Counted from the stretch's first letter, positions 37,441 to 48,148 are shown. The stretch is DNA of 64,000 bases from Bacteroidetes bacterium UBA2475 (GCA_002342065.1 DDPF01000010.1:327507-391506), one strand, 5' to 3'. A program made the numbers and translations. Notes: a model not told the origin generated them from the letters alone.

Positions 37441-38280
37441 ATGTTAATATTCACCAAAATAGCAGAGTTAAAGGGCTTTTTAAAGCAAATAAAAAGCGCA
37501 GACCAGTCTGTAGGCTTCGTGCCAACCATGGGCGCTCTGCACAACGGTCATATCTCACTTATAGCTATCTCAAAAAAAGCCTGCAATATAACGGTTTGCA
37601 GCATTTTCGTCAATCCAACGCAGTTTAATGACAAGGCAGATCTTAAAAGATACCCAAGAATGCCTGAGAAAGACGCTGCTTTTTTAGAAAAAGCAGGTTG
37701 TGATGTTTTATTTATGCCATCTGTTGAGGAGATTTATCCAACCGAAAAAAAAGAAACCTATGATTTTGGCTATTTAAACACCGTTTTAGAAGGAAAATAC
37801 AGGCCAGGACACTTTAACGGTGTTGCTCAGGTAGTAAAACGCCTTTTTGAAATTGTTGAGCCTGATAAAGCCTTTTTTGGCAGCAAAGACTATCAGCAGG
37901 TAATGATCATAAAAGCGCTGGTTAAACAAATGAATTCTAATATAGAGATCGTTAACTGCCCTATATTAAGAGAAACTGATGGTTTAGCCATGAGCTCGCG
38001 TAATACTTTATTAAGTAAAGAAGAAAGAGAGATCGCGAGCCGCGTTCCAAAAATAATGCTGGAGGCAAAACAAATTGCTTTAAGTAAAGGTATAAACGAA
38101 GCCAAACATTTTGTAACAGAGCAAATTTCTAAAGTAACAGATATGAAATTGGAGTATTTTGAAATTTGTGATGTTGAGCTTAAAGAGTTAACAGATATTA
38201 AAGAAGCAAATAATGCAATTGGGTTAATTGCAGTGTTTGTTGGTAAAATAAGATTGATAGATAACTTAATGTTTAATTAG
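37441..38280 (+). CDS. panC: Pantoate--beta-alanine ligase
   Basis: 'FVPTMGALHNGH', 'SIFVNPTQF', 'RPGHFNGV', 'GLAMSSRN', 'RLIDN'; ATG at 37441. Confidence 0.96.
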   Translation: MLIFTKIAELKGFLKQIKSADQSVGFVPTMGALHNGHISLIAISKKACNITVCSIFVNPTQFNDKADLKRYPRMPEKDAAFLEKAGCDVLFMPSVEEIYPTEKKETYDFGYLNTVLEGKYRPGHFNGVAQVVKRLFEIVEPDKAFFGSKDYQQVMIIKALVKQMNSNIEIVNCPILRETDGLAMSSRNTLLSKEEREIASRVPKIMLEAKQIALSKGINEAKHFVTEQISKVTDMKLEYFEICDVELKELTDIKEANNAIGLIAVFVGKIRLIDNLMFN

Positions 38281-39583
38281 CTTTTGATTGCTCTAATAGC
38301 CAAACTGCATCTATCGTTATCATAGAATCTACAGAGATATTTCTGTCTAAAGCTTTTTCTGTTATTTGCTCCATCCATTTTTTATCTCCCATAATTGCGT
38401 TTTTCTTTTCAAGTAATTGTTCGGCAGGCGATAATACTTTTATTTTCTTTGGCTTACTACTAAAATAATTTTCCATGTTCTCTAAAAAACCCCAACCAAT
38501 TGTTGACAAAGTATGCTCTGTTGCCATTACAATAAAAACGTCGTGTGCATTTATTTCTTTTTCAATATCCAATTCATCAACCAACAAAGAATACTTATTT
38601 GATTCGGGATATACCTGCTCATTATAATACCAAAAATGTTCATTATAGAACGAATTTGCGATTCCAAAATAATACATACCCCAATAAAAACTATCTGATA
38701 CGACTAGTACATTTGGTTTTGTTTTATTCTTCGCATCCTCTGAGCTTATTCTTGGATAAGCCATATCAACGCTCTTTAACCTTGTAATTAAATTCATTCC
38801 ATCTGCAATATCATAATCAATTCCAAAAGGTTGTTTCATGTCAATTTTATCATAGATCAAATTAGGCATATCAATATTTCTTAAATATTGAATGTAATTT
38901 ATTATTGAGTCTGCGGCCAGCACTGCTCCATAATTACTCCAGTGATTGGCATACTTAGGATACAACGGATACTTTGACTTGTATTTATTATCAATGAACC
39001 ATTTATTAAAATCAATAACATTTAAGCTGGTTTGTTTTATGGCTGAAGAAAGAAATTTATAATTCGTGCTATCATTTATTTTAGGATATGAATCGGGAAT
39101 ATATTCAGGATAAAATGACGCCTTGCTCGGAGCAAAAATTATCATGAGTTGTTTACCCCTTTTTGCCAAACATTCTGAAACAAATTTTATTTGTGCAACA
39201 AGAAGGTCTACACTGTCTAAACCCATAAAATCCTGACCACGATATGTTTGAATATATTTTTCTTCGTATAAATAGTTTTCTTTTCCTAACACTACACCAT
39301 TTGCATTTACTTTCTTAAAAAAACAAAAGTCCATTTGATTGTTTAGTCTAACATACAAACTCCTGAACCCAAAATTAGAGTTTACATAATCTTCTTGGTG
39401 CAATTGGTATTCGCCCGAAAACCATGTAGAGTCGTTTAATAATGGTTTCTCAGGAACATAAATATATCCTTTTAACGGCGGGATCTTAATGAAGTTAAAA
39501 TCGTTATAGATCATGTGAATAAACATGATAACAAAGGTCATCCCTAAAAGTATTTTTTTAAATATGTCAGATCCTTTATTCAT
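38273..39583 (-). CDS. AlgJ/AlgX-like SGNH O-acetyltransferase partner
   Basis: N-terminal TM, 'GKENYLYE', 'NHWSNYGA', 'VVSDSF'; coupled to the MBOAT gene. Confidence 0.7.
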   Translation of the reverse strand: MNKGSDIFKKILLGMTFVIMFIHMIYNDFNFIKIPPLKGYIYVPEKPLLNDSTWFSGEYQLHQEDYVNSNFGFRSLYVRLNNQMDFCFFKKVNANGVVLGKENYLYEEKYIQTYRGQDFMGLDSVDLLVAQIKFVSECLAKRGKQLMIIFAPSKASFYPEYIPDSYPKINDSTNYKFLSSAIKQTSLNVIDFNKWFIDNKYKSKYPLYPKYANHWSNYGAVLAADSIINYIQYLRNIDMPNLIYDKIDMKQPFGIDYDIADGMNLITRLKSVDMAYPRISSEDAKNKTKPNVLVVSDSFYWGMYYFGIANSFYNEHFWYYNEQVYPESNKYSLLVDELDIEKEINAHDVFIVMATEHTLSTIGWGFLENMENYFSSKPKKIKVLSPAEQLLEKKNAIMGDKKWMEQITEKALDRNISVDSMITIDAVWLLEQSKAN

Positions 39584-40998
39584 TAAAACCTAAAATATAT
39601 AAATGGGTTAAAACCTGATGAAGTAATTGAACTGATGGATAAGCCAAATAATATTATTGTAACCAACCAAATTATTGAATGTTTTGTATTTGAATACGCG
39701 TTATAGTATATAGCATTTTGTAATTTTTTCCCATAACCAGAGATGGTAAAAAAGGAAAAGAAAACAGCAAGAAAAAAGTAAGGCCAAAATTCAGGATCGA
39801 AACTATTTTGCTTATTAAGATCAAATGCAAACATCCTTTTTATATATAAAAAAGCATCTTTAATTTTTTCTACCCTAAAAAACACCCAACCAATACTTAC
39901 AATTAAAAATGTAATTAATAAACTTGGCAGCTTACCTATTTTTAATAAAATACTTCCAAAAAAGGCCCGTTCTATTACTAAAAAGAAACCGTGAAAAGCA
40001 CCCCAAAAAACAAAGCTCCAACTGGCACCATGCCAAAGACCGGATGCTAAAAAAACCAACCATAGGTTAAAGTATAATCTGCCTTTACTTACTTTATTTC
40101 CACCCAAAGGGATGTATAAATAATTTTTCATCCAACTGCCTAAGGTCATATGCCAACGGCGCCAGAATTCGGTTATACTTTGTGAGATATAAGGATTATT
40201 AAAATTTTCGGGGAATTTAAAGCCCATCATCTTTGCTATACCAATGGCCATATCGCTATAACCGCTAAAATCAAAATAGATCTGGAATGTATAGGCAAGA
40301 CAACCAACCCAGGCGGTAACGGTATCCATGTTTGCATAATTTAATCCAAAGATCTCATCGGCTACCGCACCCATTTGATTAGCAATAAGTACTTTTTTTG
40401 CCAGACCAAAAACAAAACGGTAAAAGCCCGTTAGCCTGTCGTCCATTGTTTCTTTACGCTCTGCTATTTGATCAGCTAACTCGTGATACCTAATAATTGG
40501 GCCGGCAATAAGTTTTGGAAAAAGAATAATATACAATTGATAATCCCAAAATTTAGTTAAAGGTTTATGTACCCGTCTGTAAACATCTACAACATAAGTT
40601 ATGGTCTCGAAGGTATAAAATGAAATACCTATAGGTAATACTAATTTGGTCCAGTGTATTTTACCTCCACCAAAAATAGAAAGCGCAGAATTTACATTCT
40701 CAATAAAAAAATTTGAGTATTTAAAATAAACCAATAAGCCTAAATTGACCGTAATAGAAATACAGAGTAGCAATTTCCGATGTTTTTCATTGGTCATCCT
40801 ATCCATCCAACCCACCAGATAAAAATCAAGTAAGGTTGTAAATAGAATAACAAAAATGAATTTTGGTGCTCCCCAGGCATAAAAGAAAATACTTCCAATA
40901 AGTATAACGGCGTTCTTGTAGCGTTTATCAATGAAAAAATAGACCAGCAAAAAAACCGGCAAAAAATAAAGTAAAAATATGATGCTACTGAAGACCAT
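39583..40998 (-). CDS. MBOAT family O-acyltransferase (AlgI/DltB-like)
   Basis: 'LPIGISFYTF', 'FPKLIAGPI', 'QIYFDFSGYSDMAIG', 'FWRRWHMTL', 'SGLWHGA'. Confidence 0.92.
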   Translation of the reverse strand: MVFSSIIFLLYFLPVFLLVYFFIDKRYKNAVILIGSIFFYAWGAPKFIFVILFTTLLDFYLVGWMDRMTNEKHRKLLLCISITVNLGLLVYFKYSNFFIENVNSALSIFGGGKIHWTKLVLPIGISFYTFETITYVVDVYRRVHKPLTKFWDYQLYIILFPKLIAGPIIRYHELADQIAERKETMDDRLTGFYRFVFGLAKKVLIANQMGAVADEIFGLNYANMDTVTAWVGCLAYTFQIYFDFSGYSDMAIGIAKMMGFKFPENFNNPYISQSITEFWRRWHMTLGSWMKNYLYIPLGGNKVSKGRLYFNLWLVFLASGLWHGASWSFVFWGAFHGFFLVIERAFFGSILLKIGKLPSLLITFLIVSIGWVFFRVEKIKDAFLYIKRMFAFDLNKQNSFDPEFWPYFFLAVFFSFFTISGYGKKLQNAIYYNAYSNTKHSIIWLVTIILFGLSISSITSSGFNPFIYFRF

Positions 40999-41117
40999 TA
41001 TCTGAACGCGAGGCTAAGATAAACTTATTTTTGTTAATGAAAATGAGAGAATCCTCTTTCTAAAGCCATAAAAAACACTAATTTTGACTCTTTAAACTTT
41101 AATTTTTAGATCCGATA

Positions 41118-42665
41118 ATGAGCAATATAAAACCCGAAGATTTTTTTAAGAATATTATTTCTCACAGTAAAGAGTATGGCTTTATTTTTCCGAGTAGCGA
41201 AATTTACGACAATGGATTAAGCGCTGTGTATGATTACGGACAACTTGGTGCCGAGTTAAAAAAGAACATTCGCGATTATTGGTGGAAAGCCATGGTGCAA
41301 ATGAACGAGAATATTGTTGGTATTGACTCTGCCATTTTTATGCACCCTACAACCTGGAAAGCCAGCGGACACGTGGATGCATTTAACGACCCTTTAATTG
41401 ATAATAAAGATAGCAAGAAACGTTACCGTGCTGATGTGCTGATAGAAGAGCACGTTGCAAAAATAGAAGATAAAATAAATAAAGAAGTTGAAAAAGCAGC
41501 AAAGCGTTTTGAGAATTTTGATGCTGCTATGTTCAGATCAACGAACGCACGCGTAAAAGAGTACCAGGATAAAATTGATTCGATCAACGAACGTTTTAAA
41601 ACAGCTTTAAACGCAAACAATTTAGATGAAGTAAAACAAATTATTGTTGATCTTGAAATTGTTTGTCCTATAAGTGGTACTAAGAACTGGACAGATGTTC
41701 GTCAGTTCAATTTAATGTTCAATACATCTACAGGTGCTGTTACCGATGAAACAAATATTATCTATTTACGTCCCGAAACCGCACAAGGAATTTTTGTAAA
41801 TTATTTGAACGTTCAAAAAACCGGGCGTATGAAATTGCCGTTTGGTATTGCACAAACCGGTAAAGCCTTTAGAAATGAAATTGTAGCGAGACAATTTATT
41901 TTTAGAATGCGTGAGTTTGAACAAATGGAAATGCAATTTTTTGTGAAGCCTGGAACAGAAATGGAATGGTACGAGTACTGGAAAAAAACACGTTTGAACT
42001 GGCATTTATCTTTAGGTTTAGGAAAAGAAAAATACCGTTTTCATGATCATTTAAAATTAGCACATTACGCTAATGCTGCGGCAGACATTGAACATCAATT
42101 TCCGTTTGGTTTTAAAGAACTGGAAGGTATACATAGCAGAACAGATTTTGATCTTAAACAACATGAACAATTCTCCGGTAAAAAATTACAATATTTTGAC
42201 CCGGAATTAAATCAAAGTTATGTGCCTTATGTTGTAGAAACATCAGTTGGATTAGATAGATTATTTTTATCGATCTTATCATCTGCTTTAAAAGAAGAAT
42301 CATTAGAAGGTGGAGATACAAGAACAGTATTAAGCTTACCTCCTGCCCTGGCCCCTTATAAAGCGGCTGTTTTTCCATTAGTTAAAAAAGATGGCTTACC
42401 TGAATTAGCGGAAAGTATTATGAAAGATCTTAAGTTTGATTTTATGATGGCTTATGATGAAAAAGACACTGTAGGGAAACGTTACCGCAGACAAGATGCT
42501 ATTGGTACACCATTTTGCATTACAGTAGATCATCAAAGTTTAGAAGATAAAACGGTAACTATTCGCGATCGCGATACTATGAAACAAGATCGTGTAGCTA
42601 TTGATAAGTTACATTCCATTCTTACTGAAAAAACAAGTTTGCAAAGTTTGTTGAAGACGTTGTAG
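41118..42665 (+). CDS. glyS: Glycine--tRNA ligase (GRS1, alpha2 type)
   Basis: 'YDYGQLG', 'WKASGH', 'YLRPETAQG', 'FRMREFEQME', 'RYRRQDAIGTP'. Confidence 0.96.
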   Translation: MSNIKPEDFFKNIISHSKEYGFIFPSSEIYDNGLSAVYDYGQLGAELKKNIRDYWWKAMVQMNENIVGIDSAIFMHPTTWKASGHVDAFNDPLIDNKDSKKRYRADVLIEEHVAKIEDKINKEVEKAAKRFENFDAAMFRSTNARVKEYQDKIDSINERFKTALNANNLDEVKQIIVDLEIVCPISGTKNWTDVRQFNLMFNTSTGAVTDETNIIYLRPETAQGIFVNYLNVQKTGRMKLPFGIAQTGKAFRNEIVARQFIFRMREFEQMEMQFFVKPGTEMEWYEYWKKTRLNWHLSLGLGKEKYRFHDHLKLAHYANAAADIEHQFPFGFKELEGIHSRTDFDLKQHEQFSGKKLQYFDPELNQSYVPYVVETSVGLDRLFLSILSSALKEESLEGGDTRTVLSLPPALAPYKAAVFPLVKKDGLPELAESIMKDLKFDFMMAYDEKDTVGKRYRRQDAIGTPFCITVDHQSLEDKTVTIRDRDTMKQDRVAIDKLHSILTEKTSLQSLLKTL

Positions 42666-42683
42666 AACTGAATAACATTATTA

Positions 42684-42720
42684 AACAAAAAAGCCGCTCT
42701 ATTAAAGCGGCTTTTTTGTT
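42684..42720. terminator. Bidirectional terminator between glyS and secA
   Basis: AACAAAAAAGCCGCT ... AGCGGCTTTTTTGTT between convergent stop codons. Confidence 0.85.
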
Positions 42721-42734
42721 AGAACATATTTTAA

Positions 42735-45700
42735 TTACAATCCCTGTCCGTGACAGCTCTTGTATTTTTTACCACTACCGCAAGGACAAGGATCATTACG
42801 TCCGATCTTTGCATCTACACGTATTGGTTGAATTTTTGGTTTTTGTTGCGCATTTTGTTCTTCAACAATATTTTCATCACGACTCTCCGTCAACTTTTCT
42901 TTCTTTTGTTTTGGTTGTTCTTGCGTGAACTTTGCCTGAGTAACTTGTTGTTGATTATTCTCCACCGGTAAACCACCTTTCATTAAGAAAGAGATAACCT
43001 CTTTATTACTCTTAATGATCATTTCTTTAAACAAGTTAAACGATTCTAACTTATAAATAACCAAAGGATCTTTTTGTTCCAAAGAAGCATTTTGAACAGC
43101 TTGTTTTAAGTCGTCCAATTCACGTAAATGTTCTTTCCACGAATCATCGATCATTGCTAGTACAACAGATTTTTCGAAACCTAAAACCAATTCGCGACCT
43201 CTTGATTCGAATGCCTTTTTTAAATTGGCAACTACCTGAACACCACGAATACCATCAGTAAATGGCGTAACAATATTCTCGAAAGTGTTATTTGGATTGG
43301 TATAAACATCTTTTACAACCGGGAATGCCTGCTCTGCAACTACCGCTGATTTTTGAGCGTAATATTTTTGAACCGCATCAAATAATTGTTCGGCCAACTC
43401 ATTTTCTTTACCTGAGTTAAATTGTTGGTCAGTGAACGGACTTTCAATTCCGAAATTTTTAATGCACTCTAAATTAAATCCATCAGCATCCCTTGTCGCT
43501 TGGTATTCTTCAATTATACTGCTTGCCACTTCATAGATCATGTTGGCAATATCAATACTTAATTTATCTCCATATAATGCATTACGACGACGTTTGTAAA
43601 TAACATCGCGTTGCGCATTCATTACATCATCATACTCTATCAAACGTTTACGTGTGCCAAAGTTATTCTCTTCAACTTTCTTTTGGGCACGCTCAATACT
43701 TTTACTGATCATGCTATGCTGAATAACTTCGCCCTCTTTTAATCCCATACGATCCATTAACGAAGCTATACGCTCGCTACCGAATAAACGCATTAAATTA
43801 TCTTCAAGAGAAACAAAGAATTGTGAACTTCCCGGATCTCCCTGACGACCCGCACGACCACGTAACTGCCTGTCTACACGACGAGACTCATGACGCTCTG
43901 TACCAATAATTGCTAAACCACCCGCTTCTTTAACGCCTGCACCTAATTTAATATCCGTTCCACGACCAGCCATGTTTGTAGCAATGGTAACGGTTCCTGC
44001 CTTGCCGGCTTCAGCAACAATATCTGCTTCTTTTGCGTGTAATTTCGCGTTCAACACATTGTGTTTAATGCCGCGTAATTTTAGCATACGACTTAACAAC
44101 TCAGAGATCTCAACCGTTGTAGTACCAATAAGCACCGGTCTTCCGGCGGCCACTAATTTTACAACCTCTTCAATAACGGCATTGTATTTTTCACGTTTTG
44201 TTTTGTAAACAAAATCCTGTTCGTCTTTACGGGTCATTGGTCTGTTGGTTGGAATTTCCACCACATCCAATTTATAGATACTCCAAAACTCTTGTGCTTC
44301 TGTAGTTGCAGTACCTGTCATACCCGCCAACTTATTATACATACGAAAATAATTCTGTAATGTAATAGTTGCATAAGTTTGTGTAGCAGCTTCGATCTTT
44401 ACATTTTCTTTTGCTTCGATGGCCTGGTGCAGTCCATCGCTGTAACGACGGCCTTCCATGATACGACCTGTTTGCTCGTCAACAATTTTTACTTGTCCAT
44501 TATCAATAACATACTCAGTATCTTTTTCAAAAACCGTGTATGCTTTTAATAATTGGTTCATAGTGTGAATACGTTCGCTTTTTATGCTGAACTCGCGCAT
44601 CACTGCCTCTTTAGCTAATAACTTTTCTTTAGGATCGATAATTGTTTTTTCTATCTCTGCAACCTCATCACCTACATTTGGGATCACGAAGAACTTAGTA
44701 TCATCCGTATTACCGGTAATAAAATCAATTCCTTTTTCAGATAACTCAACGTGATTATTTTTTTCGTCGATCGTAAAATAAAGTTCCACATCAATTTTAT
44801 GCATCTCTTTATTTTGATCCTGCATATAATGATTTTCGGTTTTTTGTAATAACGCTCTAACACCATTCTCGCTTAAGAATTTAATTAAAGCCGTATTCTT
44901 TGGTAAACCTCTAAATGCTCTTAATAATGGAATACCCGCTTCTTTTTCTTTTCCTTCGGCAAATAATTTTTTTGCTTCGGTAATACAGGTATTTAAATAT
45001 TGTTTTTGTATGTTAACCAGTTTTTCAATTCTTGGCTTGTAATCTAAAAATTCGTGCTTGTCGCCTTGCGGTGTTGGTCCGCTAATAATTAACGGCGTAC
45101 GCGCATCGTCAATTAAAACAGAATCGACCTCATCAACAATAGCAAAATTGTGTTTACGTTGCACTAACTCATCAACACTACGTGCCATATTATCACGTAG
45201 GTAATCAAAACCAAATTCGTTATTGGTACCATAAGTAATATCAGAGTTGTAGGCTTTGCGACGCTCGTCTGTATTTGGCTCGTGCTTGTCAATACAATCA
45301 ACAGTTAAACCATGAAAATAAAATAAAGGTGCGTTCCATTCGCTGTCACGTTTAGCCAAATAACTATTTACAGTAACAACATGAACACCGCGACCTGATA
45401 ATGCATTTAAGAACACAGGTAAAGTAGATACTAAGGTTTTACCTTCACCCGTTGTCATCTCAGAAATTTTTCCGGAGTGTAACACCATGCCACCAATTAA
45501 CTGTACATTGTAATGTACCATATCCCAGGCTATCTCGTTACCCGCTGCCAACCATTTGTTTTTATAAATAGCTTTTGATCCGTTCAATTCAATATTAGCG
45601 TGTTCTTTAGAAAGTTCTTTATCTACATCTGTAGCAGTAACCTCCATACTTGGATTTTCTTTAAAACGACGAGCTGTTTCTTTTAAAATGGCAAAAGCTT

Positions 45701-46028
45701 CGGGTAGAATTTCGTTTAAAACCTCTTCAATTTTTTTCGTGATCTCTTTATCGATCTCATCAATTTGTTTGTAAGATTCTTCTTTCGCATCTACATTAAT
45801 ATCGGGGTTAGATTCGATCTCAGATTTTATTTTTGCTATCTCATCTGTTTGAGGTTTGATGGCAGTTTGAATTTTTGCTTTTAAAGCGGCAGACTTTGCT
45901 CTGAGCTCATCATGTGAAATAGAATTTAAGGAAGTATAGATGGTATTTATTTCTTCAACTTTTGATTCAAGGCCTTTAACATCTTTTTCGCTTTTAGTAC
46001 CTAAAAGCTTTTTTAGAAAATCGAACAT
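42735..46028 (-). CDS. secA: Preprotein translocase ATPase SecA
   Basis: 'MTTGEGKT', 'VDEVDSVLIDDARTPLIIS', 'ATNMAGRGTDI', C-terminal SEC-C 'CPCGSGKKYKSCH'. Confidence 0.98.
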   Translation of the reverse strand: MFDFLKKLLGTKSEKDVKGLESKVEEINTIYTSLNSISHDELRAKSAALKAKIQTAIKPQTDEIAKIKSEIESNPDINVDAKEESYKQIDEIDKEITKKIEEVLNEILPEAFAILKETARRFKENPSMEVTATDVDKELSKEHANIELNGSKAIYKNKWLAAGNEIAWDMVHYNVQLIGGMVLHSGKISEMTTGEGKTLVSTLPVFLNALSGRGVHVVTVNSYLAKRDSEWNAPLFYFHGLTVDCIDKHEPNTDERRKAYNSDITYGTNNEFGFDYLRDNMARSVDELVQRKHNFAIVDEVDSVLIDDARTPLIISGPTPQGDKHEFLDYKPRIEKLVNIQKQYLNTCITEAKKLFAEGKEKEAGIPLLRAFRGLPKNTALIKFLSENGVRALLQKTENHYMQDQNKEMHKIDVELYFTIDEKNNHVELSEKGIDFITGNTDDTKFFVIPNVGDEVAEIEKTIIDPKEKLLAKEAVMREFSIKSERIHTMNQLLKAYTVFEKDTEYVIDNGQVKIVDEQTGRIMEGRRYSDGLHQAIEAKENVKIEAATQTYATITLQNYFRMYNKLAGMTGTATTEAQEFWSIYKLDVVEIPTNRPMTRKDEQDFVYKTKREKYNAVIEEVVKLVAAGRPVLIGTTTVEISELLSRMLKLRGIKHNVLNAKLHAKEADIVAEAGKAGTVTIATNMAGRGTDIKLGAGVKEAGGLAIIGTERHESRRVDRQLRGRAGRQGDPGSSQFFVSLEDNLMRLFGSERIASLMDRMGLKEGEVIQHSMISKSIERAQKKVEENNFGTRKRLIEYDDVMNAQRDVIYKRRRNALYGDKLSIDIANMIYEVASSIIEEYQATRDADGFNLECIKNFGIESPFTDQQFNSGKENELAEQLFDAVQKYYAQKSAVVAEQAFPVVKDVYTNPNNTFENIVTPFTDGIRGVQVVANLKKAFESRGRELVLGFEKSVVLAMIDDSWKEHLRELDDLKQAVQNASLEQKDPLVIYKLESFNLFKEMIIKSNKEVISFLMKGGLPVENNQQQVTQAKFTQEQPKQKKEKLTESRDENIVEEQNAQQKPKIQPIRVDAKIGRNDPCPCGSGKKYKSCHGQGL

Positions 46029-46127
46029 GTAATTATAAATTTTAAGCCAATAAAGGTAACAAAATTTGAGAGTTCTGTGTTACTTAATTTTGATTTGTTA
46101 ACAGAATTCTATATTGAAGATGTATAC

Positions 46128-46160
46128 AATCCTGTCAGGTTTTTAAAACCTGACAGGATT
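46128..46160. repeat. 33-nt near-perfect palindrome (REP-like)
   Basis: AATCCTGTCAGGTTTT-T-AAAACCTGACAGGATT, with 16-bp arms. Confidence 0.8.
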
Positions 46161-46178
46161 TGGGTTCATGATATAGTT

Positions 46179-46209
46179 TTGCAAATCAATCTTTTAATGA
46201 TTAAATTTG
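46179..46209 (+). promoter_or_regulatory. Bacteroidota promoter for the deiminase gene
   Basis: TTG, then 20 nt, then TAAATTTG. Confidence 0.55.
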
Positions 46210-46228
46210 AGATGCAAATTAAAATCTC

Positions 46229-47989
46229 ATGAAAAAAATATTTACTCTTTTCTTAGCAATTTGTTCATCTTTCATTTCATTTTCACAAGACCTCCCAAAA
46301 GGTTTTGCCGATGGTGAAAAAGAAAAAATGCCAGCCTATTTAGAGCAGGTAAAAAAGAATGACGGCTTAAATAAATCATTATTTACAACGGTGCCGCCTT
46401 ACACAAAATTAAGGAACGCTGCCGAATGGGAGGAGATACAAACCTTGGTTATTACCTGGACTTCTTTTACAGCCATTCACCGCGAGATCATTAAAGCCGC
46501 GCAGCTTGAAACAAAAATTACAATTATCTGCTCAGATTCAAACGTTGTTAAAAACAATCTTATTACGAACCTGGTGCCCCTTACCAATTTAAAATACATT
46601 ATTGCGCCTTTTAATTCTATCTGGATGCGTGATTATTTTGGTAATTCAGTATATGGAAAATATGTTGATTCTTTGATACTTGTAGACTGGATCTACAATC
46701 GTCCAAGGCCTTTGGACGATGTTATTCCAACAGTGGTTGCAAACAACATGAACATCCCGATCTACGAAACAAAAGTAGCACCAAACGATATTATTCATAC
46801 CGGTGGTAATTATATGAGTGATGGTTTTGGAACCGCTTTTTCTTCGCAATTAACCGATAACGAAAACCCAACACATACCGCCGCGGCCATTGATACCATT
46901 ATGAAAAAATACATGGGCATTAACCGTTACATTCGTTTTCCGGTATTGCCTTATGATGGCATTCATCATATTGATATGCATATGAAATTATTGGATGAAG
47001 AAACATTATTGGTTGGGCAATACCCTTTAGGAGTAGCTGATGGTCCGCAGATAGAGGCCAACCTCCAATATATTTTAACCAATTATAATTCGGTTTTTGG
47101 CACACCATATAAAGTTATAAGAATACCAATGCCAAAGGATAAAAACAATAAATGGCCAAACCAAAGCGGTGGCTGGTATTGCACTTATACTAACGGTGTT
47201 TTTGTAAATAAGACCTATATTTTTCCAACCTATTACCAGCAATACGATACAACCGCTTACCGTATATTAACACAAAGTTTGCCTGGTTATAAAGTAATAG
47301 GTATAGATTGTGATAATGGTACATCACCCATTATTTCTCAAAGTGGTGCTATACATTGCATCACACATTGTGTAAATACTGCAGATCCGCTATTGATCTC
47401 GCATCAACCGCGCTCATTATCATGTGATACCGGAAGTTATTTGATAAACGCCAAAATAATGCATAGATCGGGCATTTCAAGCGCTAAAGTGCATTGGACA
47501 ACAGATACTTTATTAGGCTATACCCAAACAAATATGACACTGGTAAACCCAACAACCGGAATGTACAGCTGTAACATCCCTGCCCAGACAGCAGGCGATA
47601 CAGTTTATTATTATATTGGAGCCACTGCGGTTAACGGTAAAACTATGACAAGACCAATGACAGCGCCACTTGGCCGTTACAGGTTCAAGATCCAGGCTTG
47701 CAGTTCGCCAACTTCTTTAAAAGAAAATGCTTTAATTACAACAAAGCCTATTTATCCAAATCCGGCTTCATTTATTACCTGCATTCCATTAAGCTCTACC
47801 AGCACCCAAAACGTAAAAGTAAGTATGCTTAACATACTTGGCCAAACCGTTGATATCATTTATGATGGCGAGATAAATGCCGGTGAAAAAAATGTATTTC
47901 TGCATGCTGAAAATTATGCCAAAGGAGTATATTTTATTGAAGTAAAAACAGCTACAGAGCGAAGCGTTCAAAAACTGTTAATTCGCTAA
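46229..47989 (+). CDS. Agmatine/peptidylarginine deiminase family protein with T9SS C-terminal sorting domain
   Basis: Signal peptide; 'WMRD', 'HHID', 'YTN', 'GAIHCIT'; C-terminal 'IYPNPA...KGVYFIEV...KLLIR'. Confidence 0.88.
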   Translation: MKKIFTLFLAICSSFISFSQDLPKGFADGEKEKMPAYLEQVKKNDGLNKSLFTTVPPYTKLRNAAEWEEIQTLVITWTSFTAIHREIIKAAQLETKITIICSDSNVVKNNLITNLVPLTNLKYIIAPFNSIWMRDYFGNSVYGKYVDSLILVDWIYNRPRPLDDVIPTVVANNMNIPIYETKVAPNDIIHTGGNYMSDGFGTAFSSQLTDNENPTHTAAAIDTIMKKYMGINRYIRFPVLPYDGIHHIDMHMKLLDEETLLVGQYPLGVADGPQIEANLQYILTNYNSVFGTPYKVIRIPMPKDKNNKWPNQSGGWYCTYTNGVFVNKTYIFPTYYQQYDTTAYRILTQSLPGYKVIGIDCDNGTSPIISQSGAIHCITHCVNTADPLLISHQPRSLSCDTGSYLINAKIMHRSGISSAKVHWTTDTLLGYTQTNMTLVNPTTGMYSCNIPAQTAGDTVYYYIGATAVNGKTMTRPMTAPLGRYRFKIQACSSPTSLKENALITTKPIYPNPASFITCIPLSSTSTQNVKVSMLNILGQTVDIIYDGEINAGEKNVFLHAENYAKGVYFIEVKTATERSVQKLLIR

Positions 47990-48077
47990 TAAAAAGTCAG
48001 TTTCTACTTTCCTGCTCGTTGGCCAATATAATTCACTCAAAATTAACCTATTGGCAAACAATTATTTTCTCCAAAAA

Positions 48078-48110
48078 TTGGGAAAGATGCCGTAAAATGA
48101 TATATTTGCA
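48078..48110 (+). promoter_or_regulatory. Bacteroidota promoter for secDF
   Basis: TTG, then 20 nt, then TATATTTGCA. Confidence 0.7.
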
Positions 48111-48148
48111 CCCTTAAATTAAAAAAATTACAAGTAGAATTTTAGATT

